This document shows positions 53,519-64,000 of a stretch of DNA of 64,000 nucleotides, piece after piece. A program made the translations under genes and the position numbers. Under the pieces are notes generated by a model that saw only the letters and a list, made by a program, of their open reading frames with translations, was not told the origin of the DNA and searched no databases. Source of the stretch: an uncultured Chloroflexia bacterium (GTDB lineage: Bacteria; Chloroflexota; UBA6077; JACCZL01); contig CAVXYC010000023.1 of the NCBI GenBank assembly GCA_963765765.1, positions 32,001-96,000 on the forward strand, read 5' to 3'. The first letter of the stretch is position 1; the number at the start of each line of letters is the position of its first letter.

Positions 53519-54694
53519 TTAACGAAGAGCCAGAACATTGCCAGCGAAAGCAGGCTCAACAGTCCAGCCGTCGGACCAATCGCGGTATAGCCCAGGAGGC
53601 CCACTACGATGCCCGCGATGCTCGCCCCCCACGGAGGCGCCCAGATTTCCAGCCGCGCCAGAGAGTGACGTCACGGTCGCTCGAGCGTTTGGCTCCAGCT
53701 CCGACATCACTGCCTGAGTGCTACTTCCGCGCGCGCCATTCGGTAGAGCGAATAGAAAGAGACACACGAAGCCGGCCACAATCGTCGGCGCCAGTGTTGT
53801 CAGGGCCACGCCGAAGACCGTACTGATCAGCCCGGCGCTGAGTAGCACGGAACGCTTGCCAAATCGATCGGCCAGACGGCCGCCAAGGGTACTGCCGAGC
53901 ATCATGGCGGAGCCTGTGGTGAAGTTCAGGGCGCCCAGCGCCCACTCCGCCAGGTTGAATCGATCGAAGAAGAACGCTGCCATGAAGCTCAGCACGCAGA
54001 ACCAGCACGCTGAGTGCAGGCCCATGCCCAGGACACCGAACGCGACGGATTGATTCCGTAATGTGCCCAGTGCCGACGGCCGAGGCGCAAGTGAGCTTCG
54101 TGGGGCTTGAGTCGGAAGCTTCCGCCAGAGCGTGAGGGCCAGAATAATCCCCAGAGCTCCGAGCAGGACGAATGTCCAGCGCCACGAAGTGAACCCAGCG
54201 ATTGCCGCGCCCAGCGGCACTCCAACCACTGGGGCCACGCCGTTCGCGGAAATAGCCCAGCCCATCGCCTTGCCGCGCTCTTCATAAGGGAAATACTCAC
54301 CCGCGGCCGAGATCGTTGCCGGCATCAATCCAGCCATCCCAAGCCCAGCGATCGCCCGCAGGCCAACCACCATCCAGAAATTGGGTGACAAGGCTGCCAT
54401 CAAGATCGCCGTGCCGACCAGCGACAGTCCCACGATGACGAACGGCTTACGGCCATGGCGATCCATCGCGGGCCCAATCCACAGCGCAGTACCTGCGCTG
54501 ATCAACGTCGGTGCCGCCACCAGCAACCCGCCCAGCGATACGTCTACACCGAAATCTCGCACGATCAATGGGAGTAGTGGAATCACGAACAACGAATTGA
54601 ACGCGCCCAGAAAGCTCCCGCAGCAGAGGAGGCCGAAGATGAGATGTCGGTTGGGAGGAGGGGAATTGGTCAGGTACTGGTCCTTGTGCTGCAC
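53519..54694 (-). CDS. MFS transporter
   Basis: About 12 hydrophobic segments; GPAMDRHGRKP and GRLADRFGKR loop motifs; probable frameshift near the 3' end. Confidence 0.9.
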   Translation of the reverse strand: MQHKDQYLTNSPPPNRHLIFGLLCCGSFLGAFNSLFVIPLLPLIVRDFGVDVSLGGLLVAAPTLISAGTALWIGPAMDRHGRKPFVIVGLSLVGTAILMAALSPNFWMVVGLRAIAGLGMAGLMPATISAAGEYFPYEERGKAMGWAISANGVAPVVGVPLGAAIAGFTSWRWTFVLLGALGIILALTLWRKLPTQAPRSSLAPRPSALGTLRNQSVAFGVLGMGLHSACWFCVLSFMAAFFFDRFNLAEWALGALNFTTGSAMMLGSTLGGRLADRFGKRSVLLSAGLISTVFGVALTTLAPTIVAGFVCLFLFALPNGARGSSTQAVMSELEPNARATVTSLSGAAGNLGASVGGEHRGHRSGPPGLYRDWSDGWTVEPAFAGNVLALR

Positions 54695-54841
54695 CGGCTT
54701 AGCGACGACGCGTCGCGCATCTTACCAGCCAATGCATCGGCAAGGCGCTGCGCGGGCTGTCATGCTGCGATGTGCCAGGCTCGTGGAGCAGCAGCTTGCC
54801 TGCTCAAGGATCGCTGTCATTTGCTCTGGCGTATCCCGCCG

Positions 54842-55681
54842 TTATTGACCCTTGGGCGGACCCGCCTCCAGACGTCTGCGCACCTCTTCCGTGCGCTCGG
54901 GAGATATCTGTAAATCCCCCCAGCGAGTCTCCAGCCACCAGGTGCAGCCGGCCTCTGTCCAGGGAGCGACGAACTCGGCGGCAGCCGCGGCGTCATCGAC
55001 TGGCGTCTCGCCTTCCGTGATGATGTCAAAGCCTTCGATCGAGCGGCCGTGCTCGCGAAGCCAGTCGATGATGTCGGGAACATCGTCGGGCCGCATCTCG
55101 CGCGGTCCGTTCGCATCCATCGCCTGCGGGATAAGACCGTCACATCGCAGCACACGCTCCATTGACTTTGGCCTTGGCCAGGCACCGACCACCCAAATCG
55201 GCACACGCGGTTGCTGTACTGAAGCAGTAGAAGAAGCGAGGTCCGTTCGTGCCTCCAGGTTCACCTGGTAATGCTGCCCGTCATATCGGAGCTGCTGGTT
55301 CCACAAGCCGGCGATCAGGTCGATTCCCTCGTCCATCATCCCAGCACGCGTACGCAGATCGGTGATCTCGCCCGTGCTGCCGAGCGCGTCATCCACCGCG
55401 CCGAGTCCAACAGCCAGGATGGCGCGACCATTGGAGACCTGGTCCAAAGTGACCGCCTGACCGGCCAGCTTCCAGGGCCGCCGCCAGGGCAGCGGCGTGA
55501 GCATAGTGCCCAGCTTGACGTGCGATGTGCGCTGGGCCATGGCACCCATGAGCGTCCAGGGGTCCACCCCGTAGCTCGTCTCCCAGACGAATATTCCATC
55601 CCAGCCCGATTGATCGGCGATGACCGCCTGCTCCAACTGCTGCCGGGCATCTCCGCCGGGGAGCACGAATCCAAATTTCAC
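54842..55681 (-). CDS. LLM class flavin-dependent oxidoreductase
   Basis: VKFGFVLPGG, GWDGIFVWE, RRPWKLAGQAVTLDQVSNGRAILAVGLG, QQPRVPIWV. Confidence 0.9.
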   Translation of the reverse strand: MKFGFVLPGGDARQQLEQAVIADQSGWDGIFVWETSYGVDPWTLMGAMAQRTSHVKLGTMLTPLPWRRPWKLAGQAVTLDQVSNGRAILAVGLGAVDDALGSTGEITDLRTRAGMMDEGIDLIAGLWNQQLRYDGQHYQVNLEARTDLASSTASVQQPRVPIWVVGAWPRPKSMERVLRCDGLIPQAMDANGPREMRPDDVPDIIDWLREHGRSIEGFDIITEGETPVDDAAAAAEFVAPWTEAGCTWWLETRWGDLQISPERTEEVRRRLEAGPPKGQ

Positions 55682-55881
55682 GAGCTTCCCTCCTTGGTTC
55701 GGTTGATGGAGCGATTCGCCTAACGACTCCACTCTATAACGCGACAGTCGATCAGACGGAAGTAATTGCCATGCCCCCAAATGGCACGCGCACTGCGTTC
55801 GCGAGCCAGACAGCGTGACCCGTATCGGTAATCCGCGGCGGTCGACGGCAATGATGCCGGAGCGACCAGTGGGAGGGCGCA

Positions 55882-57214
55882 ATGGCATGGAAGAGGAGTT
55901 TCACTAGTCTGCGCACCGTGGCGGGCGCACTGGCGCTGAGCGTGGTGATCTCAGCCTGTGGCCAGAGCGCTCAGCAACAAACCGGCGGAGCGGATGCGTC
56001 TCGCATCGGCGGCACCGTGAACGTGCTGGCAACCTGGGGCGGCGACGAGCAGGACAGCTTCCTTGCCATGGTGAAACCGTTCGAGGATCGCACGGGTGTC
56101 CGCATTCAGTACGAAGGAACCCGTGATCTCAGTGCCGTACTTACGACACGAGTTCAGGGCGGCAATCCCCCCGACGTGGCCGGACTCCCTGGCCCGGGCC
56201 AGATGGCCGAGCTGGCACGTGGTGGGCGCCTCATCGACCTCAGCTCCGTCGTGGATATGACATCCCTGCAAGCTGATTACTCCCAGGACTGGATTCGCCT
56301 CGGGCAGGTGGACAATCGGCTGGTCGGCATTTTCATCAAGACCGCCCTGAAAGGTCAGATCTGGCACAACCCAGCAGCGTTCAACCAGGCCGGATACGCC
56401 GTTCCGCGTACCTGGGATCGAGACGATGGCGCTCTCCGAGCGCATCGCTCAATCCGGCACGGCTCCCTGGTGCATCGGTCTGGAAAGTGGCGCCACCAGC
56501 GGCTGGCCTGGCACGGACTGGATCGAGAACATCGTGCTGCGACAGTCTGGGACGGACGTATACGATCGCTGGCATTCTGGTCAGCTTCGCTGGACATCGC
56601 CAGAGATTCAACGCGCCTGGCAGACATGGGGTCAGATCGTCGGCAATCCGTCCATGGTATTCGGCGGTCGGCAGGGCATGCTTGCCACCAACTTCGGCGA
56701 CGCCGGCGCTCAGCTTTTCACCACTCCGCCGCGCTGCTATCTGCACGAACAGGGCAGCTTTATTACCAGCTTCTACACGAAATCCGATCCCAACCTTCAG
56801 GCTGCACAGGATTTCGATTTCTTCATGTTCCCGCCTTTCGACCAGGCGCAGGCTTCCAGCAGTATCGAAGTCGCTGGCGACTTGTTTGGAATGTTCAAAG
56901 ACACTCCTCAGGCCCGGGCTCTGATGCAATACCTCGTGACGCCGGAGGCGCAGTCCATCTGGACTCGACGTGGCGGTGCCATCTCGCCAAATCGTCAGGT
57001 GGGCGCGGATGCGTACCCGGACACCATGGCGGCGAAGGCCGCGCAGACAATGACAAGCGCAAGCACGGTGCGCTTCGATGCCTCGGACCTCATGCCTGAG
57101 GGGATGAACAACGCGTTCATGCGCGGTCTTCTCGATTACGTGAACGATCCGACCCGCCTGAATGAGATTCTTGCGAGCCTGGACCGCGTGCAAGCCGACA
57201 CCTACAGTCGGTAG
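55882..57214 (+). CDS. aglE: Alpha-glucoside ABC substrate-binding lipoprotein (frameshifted near 56420)
   Basis: Lipobox ISAC; GNPPDVAGLPGPG; APWCIGLESGATSGWPGTDWIENIVLRQ; RFDASDLMP. Confidence 0.8.
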
Positions 57215-57223
57215 AACGTCTGG

Positions 57224-58198
57224 GTGGATCGGCTTCTATTTGCTCTTCTTGTTATCGTGGCCGCGCCAGCGGCCACGGCTCTTTATATCGTCCTTGCCGA
57301 GCGGGCGTTGCGTGTGCTTCCGGAACGACGCCAGAGGCGTATTCGCCCCTGGCTGTGGATCGGCCCTGCACTGCTGTTGCTTACCGTCTTCCTGATTTAT
57401 CCATCGGTGCATACGCTCGTGCTCAGCTTCTTCAACGCCGACAGCACACGTCCAGTCGGGCTGGACAACTACGCGTACATCGCCACCGATCAGAGCATGC
57501 TCATCGCTCTGCGTAATAACCTGCTATGGGTCGTCCTGTTCAGCGGTTTGACCGTAGCGCTTGGCTTGCTCACAGCGATACTCACCGACCGGGTTCCGTA
57601 CGAGGGCGTGGCAAAGGGCGTGATATTTCTGCCTATGGCCATCTCGTTCGTTGCGGCGGGTGTCATCTGGCGCTTTATGTACGACTATCGGCCGCCAGGC
57701 ATACCCCAAACCGGCACTCTTAACGCGGTGCTCACCGCCCTGATCCCCGGATTCGAACCGCAGGCCTGGCTGATCAATCCGTCCGTAAACAACCTGGGAC
57801 TCATCGTCGCCGGCGTATGGACGTGGACGGGATTCTGCCTGGTGATTCTTTCAGCTGCACTTAAAGGAATCCCGAGCGACGTCATCGAGGCCGCGCGAGT
57901 TGACGGTGCCACTGAGCTCCAGATCTTCCGACGCATCATCCTGCCGATGATGAGCCCGACGATCGCGGTTGTCGTCACGACCATGATCATCTTTGCCCTC
58001 AAAGCATTCGACATCGTCTACGTCATGACCAACGGAAACTACGACACAGAAGTCATCGCCAACCGCATGTACAAGGAGCTATTCAACTTCCGCAACTTTG
58101 GTCGCGCCAGCGCCATTGCGGTGCTGCTTCTGGCGGCGATTGTGCCCGTCATGATCTTGAACATCAGCCGATTTCGCGCTCAGGAAGAGCGCCGTTAG
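57224..58198 (+). CDS. aglF: Carbohydrate ABC permease
   Basis: FLPMAISFVAAGVIWRFMY; SAALKGIPSDVIEAARVDGA. Confidence 0.85.
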   Translation: MDRLLFALLVIVAAPAATALYIVLAERALRVLPERRQRRIRPWLWIGPALLLLTVFLIYPSVHTLVLSFFNADSTRPVGLDNYAYIATDQSMLIALRNNLLWVVLFSGLTVALGLLTAILTDRVPYEGVAKGVIFLPMAISFVAAGVIWRFMYDYRPPGIPQTGTLNAVLTALIPGFEPQAWLINPSVNNLGLIVAGVWTWTGFCLVILSAALKGIPSDVIEAARVDGATELQIFRRIILPMMSPTIAVVVTTMIIFALKAFDIVYVMTNGNYDTEVIANRMYKELFNFRNFGRASAIAVLLLAAIVPVMILNISRFRAQEERR

Positions 58199-59085
58199 TG
58201 GCCACTATCGCTGTACCGCGTAGACGCGGGCTCACAGGTGAGCGACTGGAGCACTGGCTTCGCTCCGCCCCCGTACACCTGGCGCTTCTGATCATTAGCC
58301 TGGTCTGGCTCGCTCCGGCTGTCGCGCTTCTAGTCAGCTCGTTTCGACCACCAGGACAGGTGTCGAGCACGGGCTGGTGGACGGCGCTCCGCCCACCTTT
58401 CACCTTCACGTTAGAAAACTACGAGCGCGTGCTGACGAACAACAATCTCGGCCAGAGCTTCATCAACAGCCTGGTAATCACAGTGCCGGCCACGGTCATC
58501 CCGCTGCTCATCGCCGCGTTCGCCGCGTACGCCTTCGCTTGGATGAGCTTTCCGGGCCGAAACCTTCTTTTCTTCATCATCGTGGGTCTCCTGGTGGTTC
58601 CGCTCCAGATGACGCTGATCCCCGTCCTACGCCTGTTCAATGCCACCGGACTCACCGGGACGTTTGTCGGAATCTGGCTGGCCCACACAGCTTACGGTCT
58701 GCCCTTTGCCATCTATCTGCTGCGCAACTTCTTCGGTGAATTGCCACGGGAGATGTTGGAGTCGGCGTATATCGACGGGGCATCGCCCGTGACGGTGTTC
58801 TTCCGCCTGGTGTTGCCGACATCCGTGCCGGCGCTGGCCTCCCTGGCGATATTCCAATTTCTCTGGGTGTGGAACGACCTGCTGGTGGCGCTCATCTATT
58901 TGGGCGGAGATCCGAGTGTTGCGCCGCTCACCGTGACGGTGAGCAACCTTGTGAACTCGCTCGGGCAGGACTGGCAGCTTCTCACCGCCGCGGCATTCAT
59001 TTCAATGGCACTGCCACTGGTAGTTTTTCTCACCCTCCAGCGCTACTTCGTGCGCGGCATCCTGGCTGGCTCCGTGAAGGGGTAA
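58198..59085 (+). CDS. aglG: Carbohydrate ABC permease
   Basis: AFAAYAFAWMSFPGR; LESAYIDGA; FQFLWVWNDLLVAL; QRYFVRGILAGSVKG. Confidence 0.85.
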   Translation: MATIAVPRRRGLTGERLEHWLRSAPVHLALLIISLVWLAPAVALLVSSFRPPGQVSSTGWWTALRPPFTFTLENYERVLTNNNLGQSFINSLVITVPATVIPLLIAAFAAYAFAWMSFPGRNLLFFIIVGLLVVPLQMTLIPVLRLFNATGLTGTFVGIWLAHTAYGLPFAIYLLRNFFGELPREMLESAYIDGASPVTVFFRLVLPTSVPALASLAIFQFLWVWNDLLVALIYLGGDPSVAPLTVTVSNLVNSLGQDWQLLTAAAFISMALPLVVFLTLQRYFVRGILAGSVKG

Positions 59086-59104
59086 GGCGAATGAGGAGCT
59101 AAGA

Positions 59105-60217
59105 GTGGCGGGCATCTACTATCAGCATGTGTTCAAGCGGTTCGGCGACGTCACGGTCCTGAACGATTTCAACTTGGGCGTTAAAGATGGCACCTTTCTT
59201 GCGCTGCTTGGTCCGTCAGGCTCGGGCAAATCCACGGCGCTCCGGCTCCTGGCAGGACTGGACGAGACGACGAAGGGTGAGATCTACATAGGCGATCGCG
59301 TCGTCACACAGCTGGCGCCCCGCGATCGCGATATAGCCATGGTGTTCCAGTCCTACGCCCTATATCCCCACATGTCGGTGTACGACAATGTCGCCTTTGG
59401 CCTTCAGATCCGAAAGACGCCCAAGGGCGAGATTGGTCGACGAGTGGATGACGCGGCGAGGATCCTTGGCATCGAGTCGCTCCTCGACCGAAAACCGGGT
59501 CAGCTCTCCGGAGGTCAGCGCCAGCGCGTGGCTCTAGCCCGCGCGATTGTGCGTGAGCCGAGTGTCTTCCTGCTCGATGAGCCGCTTTCAAATTTGGACG
59601 CGAAATTGCGCGTCCATACGCGCACCGAAATCAGTCAGCTTCACGATCGACTCGGAACCACGTTCGTCTACGTGACGCATGACCAGGTGGAAGCCATGAC
59701 CATGGCGGAGCAGATAGCCGTCCTGGATCAGGGCGTCATCCAGCAAGTTGGAACGCCCCATGACCTCTATAACCGCCCCGCAAATCGCTTCGTCGGTGGC
59801 TTCATTGGAAGCCCGGCGATGAACTTCTTCGATGTGCTGGTCAAGGCGAACGAAGGGGACCTACGGATCGATAGCGGTTCATTCCAGCTTCCGGTTCCGG
59901 ATTCCACCGTCGGATCCCTCAGGCCGTACATTGGCCAGCACATCACGCTGGGGATCCGGCCTGAGCACATTCATGCTCGAGACTTCGCACCGCCCGGGAT
60001 ATCCGGCGCGCCGCTCCGTGCCAGAGTCTCAGTCACCGAGTGGCTCGGAAATGAGCTATTTCTTTATTTGTCCAGCGGCAGCGCCGCGTTCGCGGCGCGA
60101 GTGGATCCGCGAACGCAAGCCCGCCCGCGAGAGGAGCTTAGCTTGGTCGTGGATATCAACAATCTCCATTTTTTTGACGCTGAGAGCGAAAAGTCCATCT
60201 CAGGCATAGCGGTATGA
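59105..60217 (+). CDS. Carbohydrate ABC ATP-binding protein (MalK/UgpC/AglK type)
   Basis: GPSGSGKST, MVFQSYALYPHM, LSGGQRQR, LLDEPLSNLDAKLR, TOBE-like C-terminus. Confidence 0.93.
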   Translation: MAGIYYQHVFKRFGDVTVLNDFNLGVKDGTFLALLGPSGSGKSTALRLLAGLDETTKGEIYIGDRVVTQLAPRDRDIAMVFQSYALYPHMSVYDNVAFGLQIRKTPKGEIGRRVDDAARILGIESLLDRKPGQLSGGQRQRVALARAIVREPSVFLLDEPLSNLDAKLRVHTRTEISQLHDRLGTTFVYVTHDQVEAMTMAEQIAVLDQGVIQQVGTPHDLYNRPANRFVGGFIGSPAMNFFDVLVKANEGDLRIDSGSFQLPVPDSTVGSLRPYIGQHITLGIRPEHIHARDFAPPGISGAPLRARVSVTEWLGNELFLYLSSGSAAFAARVDPRTQARPREELSLVVDINNLHFFDAESEKSISGIAV

Positions 60218-61020
60218 CGATGATTGAACGCACCATTCCATGGGCACGCCCGGCATCGCGGGCACCGTCATCCACGCGGCTCGTGAGCCAATACATTGAC
60301 GTGGATCGCATCACCATGCATACGAAGGTCTCGGCCGGCCCCATTCCGGTGCGAAGACCACCGGTAGTGCTGGTGCACGGCCTGGTGGTTTCCAGTCGTT
60401 ATATGGAACCGCTCGCGGAGTGCCTGGCCACCGATACTCGAGTCTTTGCTCCGGACCTTCCCGGATACGGTCGAAGTGACAAGCCGCGTGGAACGACTGA
60501 TGTGCCCTCACTTGCATCGTCATTGGACCGCTGGATGGAGGCGGTTGGCCTGGAACAAGCCATTATCGTGGCGAACTCATTTGGCTGCCAGATTGCCGCG
60601 CATCTGGCAGCAACGTACCCTGCAAGGGTGAGCGAGCTGGTCTTGCTTGGGCCGATGGTGGAGCCTTCCGCGCGCAACGCCCTCGTGCTTGCTGCCAGGG
60701 GACTCGCGAATGTCCGATTCGAGCCCGCCTCGCTCGGATGGATCATTGCTCAGGACCTCTGGGCCATGGGCGTACCACGGGCACTTTCGCTCATATACAC
60801 CATGCTGACGGATCACATTGAAGTCACACTTCCTCATGTACGGGCACGAACCCATATTGTTCGTGGAGAGCGAGATACATTGGCATCGGGGGGCTGGGTC
60901 AGGGAGCTTATGGGCGTAACTCCAATCGGCGAATCTGCCGAAATCCCTGGGGCGGGGCATGCCTTGAATTACAATGCTCCTGGCCGGGTCGCAACGCTCG
61001 TGCGCAGCTTGATCCACTAG
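60214..61020 (+). CDS. Alpha/beta fold hydrolase
   Basis: VVLVHGL, APDLPGYGRS, ANSFG nucleophile elbow, GAGH. Confidence 0.9.
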   Translation: MTMIERTIPWARPASRAPSSTRLVSQYIDVDRITMHTKVSAGPIPVRRPPVVLVHGLVVSSRYMEPLAECLATDTRVFAPDLPGYGRSDKPRGTTDVPSLASSLDRWMEAVGLEQAIIVANSFGCQIAAHLAATYPARVSELVLLGPMVEPSARNALVLAARGLANVRFEPASLGWIIAQDLWAMGVPRALSLIYTMLTDHIEVTLPHVRARTHIVRGERDTLASGGWVRELMGVTPIGESAEIPGAGHALNYNAPGRVATLVRSLIH

Positions 61021-61099
61021 CTCAACCAGGTGATGCTCGCGCCTGAGTGCCTGCTCAAAACGTCGTGGACTGTTCGAGCTCCAACGGTCCGGACCTTGC

Positions 61100-61525
61100 C
61101 TAGTACCTTGTCATGATTGAGATGTCAGGTCGGAGTATCGAGACGGTCGTGTGATGGCCGCGGGGCCACACTGGGCTTATGCCCAAGCATGCACGTCTCC
61201 TCCTCTCTCCAGAACAGCGCGGCGCGCGCGCCGCGCTCATCGCAGCCGGCTCGGCGCCGACGCAGAAATTGACCAAACTGGAGCTGCACTACACCCCGAA
61301 ACACGGCAGTTGGTTGGATATCGCCGAGATCGAGCTCAGTCCCGTCGCCCGCCAATGCCTGGACCGCCGTATCCCCGATACAGCGACGCTGGAAACCGAA
61401 GTGGCTGCCTGGGTCGCCGACCGCAACGCAGCGCAGGTGACCGTCTCCTGGCGCTTCACGACCGACGATGCCCGCATCAAGCTCCACCATCTCTACCCGA
61501 CTCTTCAATCCTGACGGTGCACTAG
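61100..61525 (+). mobile_element. Internally deleted IS630-family element
   Basis: Imperfect terminal inverted repeats ctagtaccttgtcatgattga / tcaatcctgacggtgcactag, with CTAG (containing the TA target) at both ends. ORF 61179..61514 carries the IS630 C-terminus YTPKHGSWLDIAEIE..WRFTTDDARIKL. Confidence 0.85.
61179..61514 (+). pseudogene. Truncated IS630 transposase
   Basis: About 32 N-terminal residues are fused in frame to the last ~80 residues; the HTH and the first two catalytic Asp regions are missing. Confidence 0.8.
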
Positions 61526-61527
61526 TC

Positions 61528-62316
61528 GTGAAGACCATGCGCTTTCGAGGTGTTGTCGGCGGCTCAGTAAACGGGCATTACGCTCAAGTTGGCAATATTT
61601 CGGTCTATTACGAGGTGAACGGCGCGGGCGAGCCGCTGATGCTGATCCACGGGTTATCCGGATCGGGACGGTGGTGGTCAAGAAACGTGGCGGCGCTCGC
61701 GGAGCACTACCGGGTCCATGTCGTAGACCTGGCAGGCTTCGGCAGGAGTCGCTCCGCGCCACGCGTGGCACTTAAAGCAAGTGGGGACTTTCTGACGCGC
61801 TTGATGGACGCGTTGGAGATCGAACAAGCATCCATAGTGGGTCACTCTATGGGCGGATTGTTCGCAGCGAGTCTGGCGGCCGACGCACCGGCGCGAGTGA
61901 ACCGGCTGATGTTGGTCAACGCCGCTGTTCTGCCACTTCGGCGGACGGGCATAGCGCTGCGCTTTGGAACCGGCCAAGCGGCTACATCAGTGTCAGCATC
62001 CTTCCTACCTGTGGTTCTGTCTGATGGTTTGAGGGCAGGCCCCATGAGCCTGATCGGCGCCGCCCGAGATCTGCTGCAAGCGGACGCACGCGCGAAGTTG
62101 AATCAGATTGCGGCCCCGACACTGGTCATCTGGGGCGCGGGAGATCGTCTCCTTCCAGTGCAGCTAGGCGAAGAGATCAGGGCAAGCATTCAACTTGCTC
62201 GCCTGCAGATCGTTCATGGCGCCGGTCACAACCCCATGTGGGACCAACCCGTTGTCTTTAACCAGGCGATACTGAGCTTTATGGCGGAGAGGGCGCTCGT
62301 CCCGAACGTCGCCTGA
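61528..62316 (+). CDS. Alpha/beta fold hydrolase
   Basis: LMLIHGL, VDLAGFGRS, GHSMGG, TLVIWGAGD, GAGHNP. Confidence 0.9.
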   Translation: MKTMRFRGVVGGSVNGHYAQVGNISVYYEVNGAGEPLMLIHGLSGSGRWWSRNVAALAEHYRVHVVDLAGFGRSRSAPRVALKASGDFLTRLMDALEIEQASIVGHSMGGLFAASLAADAPARVNRLMLVNAAVLPLRRTGIALRFGTGQAATSVSASFLPVVLSDGLRAGPMSLIGAARDLLQADARAKLNQIAAPTLVIWGAGDRLLPVQLGEEIRASIQLARLQIVHGAGHNPMWDQPVVFNQAILSFMAERALVPNVA

Positions 62317-62423
62317 GTGGTCCGCGACGACCGTCGGACCGCTGCATGTTCTGAGACCGCCCAGGCCGCTATGATTGGCGGACCTAGAAAATGTTCGAAG
62401 TCGAACATGGGAGGACGTATTCA

Positions 62424-63221
62424 ATGGCAACGGAGCTAGATGACGTCAAGCGTCAAGTAGCTATTGCGAACCGCGTGCTGGCAGAGATCGGCCTGGCATC
62501 GGGAGTGCTCGCAACGCTGGGCCATGCGAGCATGCGCGTGCCTGGCGATCCAGATAAGTTCGTGGTGAAGGGTCGCGGCTACACGATTGACGCGCTAGCC
62601 AAAATGACTCCGGAAGACATGGTCGTCGTGGACCTCGAAGGCAATAAAGTCGGCGGACCACCGAATGCCACTCAGTGCTTCGAAGTAAAAATGCACTCCT
62701 GCCTGTACCGCACACGACCGGACGTGCAGGGCGTGGTGCATTCGCACCCACGTTACGCGGTGGTGATGGGCATCCTGGGCGCAACCCTTGTGCCCATGTG
62801 CAACGAAGGCATTGATCTGGTCCGCAAACCGCTGCCCGTCTATCCGCACAACAAGATCATCCTTTCCGACGAGGAAGGCATGGACGTGGTTAACGCCATG
62901 GGCGACGGCGCGGCGGTGCTGCTCTTCGGACATGGCGCGACGACTTCCGGTGCGTCGGTCGACCAGGCTGTCATGAACATGTGGCTCCTGGAGGAGCAGG
63001 CACGTATGAACTGGATTGCCTACTGTGCCGCCGGTCCAAATCACGCCTACATTCCGGAGGAGCTCATTGAGGAAGGCAAGAACCGTCCTCAGCTTCCGGA
63101 CCTGGCGCATTTCGCCGACTCGTTCGGAGCCGGGAAAGCGCGAGCCAACGTGAACGGCAACTGGATGTACTACTCAGACAAGGTCACCAAGGAGCTCGAT
63201 CGGGACCTGGCCGGGCAGTAG
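62424..63221 (+). CDS. Class II aldolase/adducin family protein
   Basis: LGHASMR, EVKMHSCLYRTRPDVQGVVHSHP, LLFGHGA; GGGAGG RBS. Confidence 0.9.
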   Translation: MATELDDVKRQVAIANRVLAEIGLASGVLATLGHASMRVPGDPDKFVVKGRGYTIDALAKMTPEDMVVVDLEGNKVGGPPNATQCFEVKMHSCLYRTRPDVQGVVHSHPRYAVVMGILGATLVPMCNEGIDLVRKPLPVYPHNKIILSDEEGMDVVNAMGDGAAVLLFGHGATTSGASVDQAVMNMWLLEEQARMNWIAYCAAGPNHAYIPEELIEEGKNRPQLPDLAHFADSFGAGKARANVNGNWMYYSDKVTKELDRDLAGQ

Positions 63222-63433
63222 AAACACCGGGCTCGGCACTGAGCTTCACCGCCCAATGTCGAGCTCGATCCTTGCACAGAATCATCATGGCGTTGCGGCG
63301 CTCTTTTACGGGTGCCAGTCGGAGATCCTTCACACCGATCGCATTCGAGGATTTCGAGATCGCGCTCGCAAGGAAGCGCCACTACGTCTTGGATGGACGT
63401 TCGCGCACTGACGAGCTGCGTATCGACCAGGCA

Positions 63434-64000
63434 GTGATCCGTCGTCGCTCCTTGATCATCGGCGCCCTCTGCATGTTCGGACTCGTCGCTGGATGCCTGC
63501 TCGTCCTTCGCGAGTACATCCGGTCAGCTAGCCTTTCGCCAACCGGTACCGCGGCCCTTCACGCTGCCTGGATCGCCGAGCACGGCAAGCAGCTCCCACA
63601 AAATGGGGCATGCACCTCCTGTTGGACGACGGTGAGATCCAGTGGCCTACCGAGGTCTGGAATGACCATCTCGCGTATACGCGTGCGCTGGTGGGCGAAG
63701 GCGGCTACGTCTGCAGCTCATCCGACTCGGAGATCTCGATTCAGCGAAGTGGCAGCACTACATCGATCGAGCGCTGGCCAATGGGCTCAAGCCAATGATC
63801 CGTCTGGCCAGTTACTCCGATCCTCAGAATGAGCGCTGGAAGGCGCCGCCGAAAGACGCGAACGGCGCACCTACCACGAGGTCGCTCAAGAATTTGCGCG
63901 GTTCATCAGCGCTTTGTCCTACCCGGGAGTGCTCTACGTCACCGTGGGCAATGAGCCCAATCGCGGCGATGAATGGGGCGGCAGTCCGAACCCCGCGGAG
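63434..64000 (+). CDS. Putative secreted clan-A (TIM-barrel) glycoside hydrolase, partial and frameshifted
   Basis: N-terminal RRR plus hydrophobic segment; fragments HLLLDDG..VGEGGYV, LKPMIRLASY, YVTVGNEPNRGDEWGG (NEP acid/base motif); runs off the window. Confidence 0.55.

Overview
High-GC bacterial window, probably Chloroflexota (inferred from gene content). It has many single-base frameshifts that look like long-read consensus errors, densest at 1-7 kb and 13.7-16.3 kb. (1) 1-15.1 kb, minus strand: a tandem array of four ~4.4-4.5 kb paralogues (the last is cut by the window edge). Each has an N-terminal cap, Hanks-type Ser/Thr kinase, STAND/AAA_16 NTPase, variable helical/TPR sensor and class III nucleotide cyclase. 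In all four kinases the canonical VAIK lysine is lost and a Lys replaces the third Gly of the glycine-rich loop, the same arrangement as eukaryotic WNK kinases. The three visible cyclases lack the usual catalytic Asn. (2) 15-40 kb: an aromatic/xenobiotic catabolism and uptake island with a cupin, VOC proteins, a Rieske oxygenase, two 4,5-dihydroxyphthalate decarboxylase-like proteins, three arylmalonate decarboxylase/maleate isomerase-family proteins, a LigB-family dioxygenase, LLMs and many binding proteins. Several families of REP-like palindromes are scattered through it. (3) 40-64 kb: beta-PGM plus GH65 phosphorylase, an operon of a cNMP-domain ABC exporter and an ATP-grasp-SET fusion, assorted enzymes, an alpha-glucoside ABC operon, an internally deleted IS630, a class II aldolase and a partial glycoside hydrolase. 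No rRNA, tRNA or CRISPR array was seen. All calls come from motif reading by eye; no database search was run.
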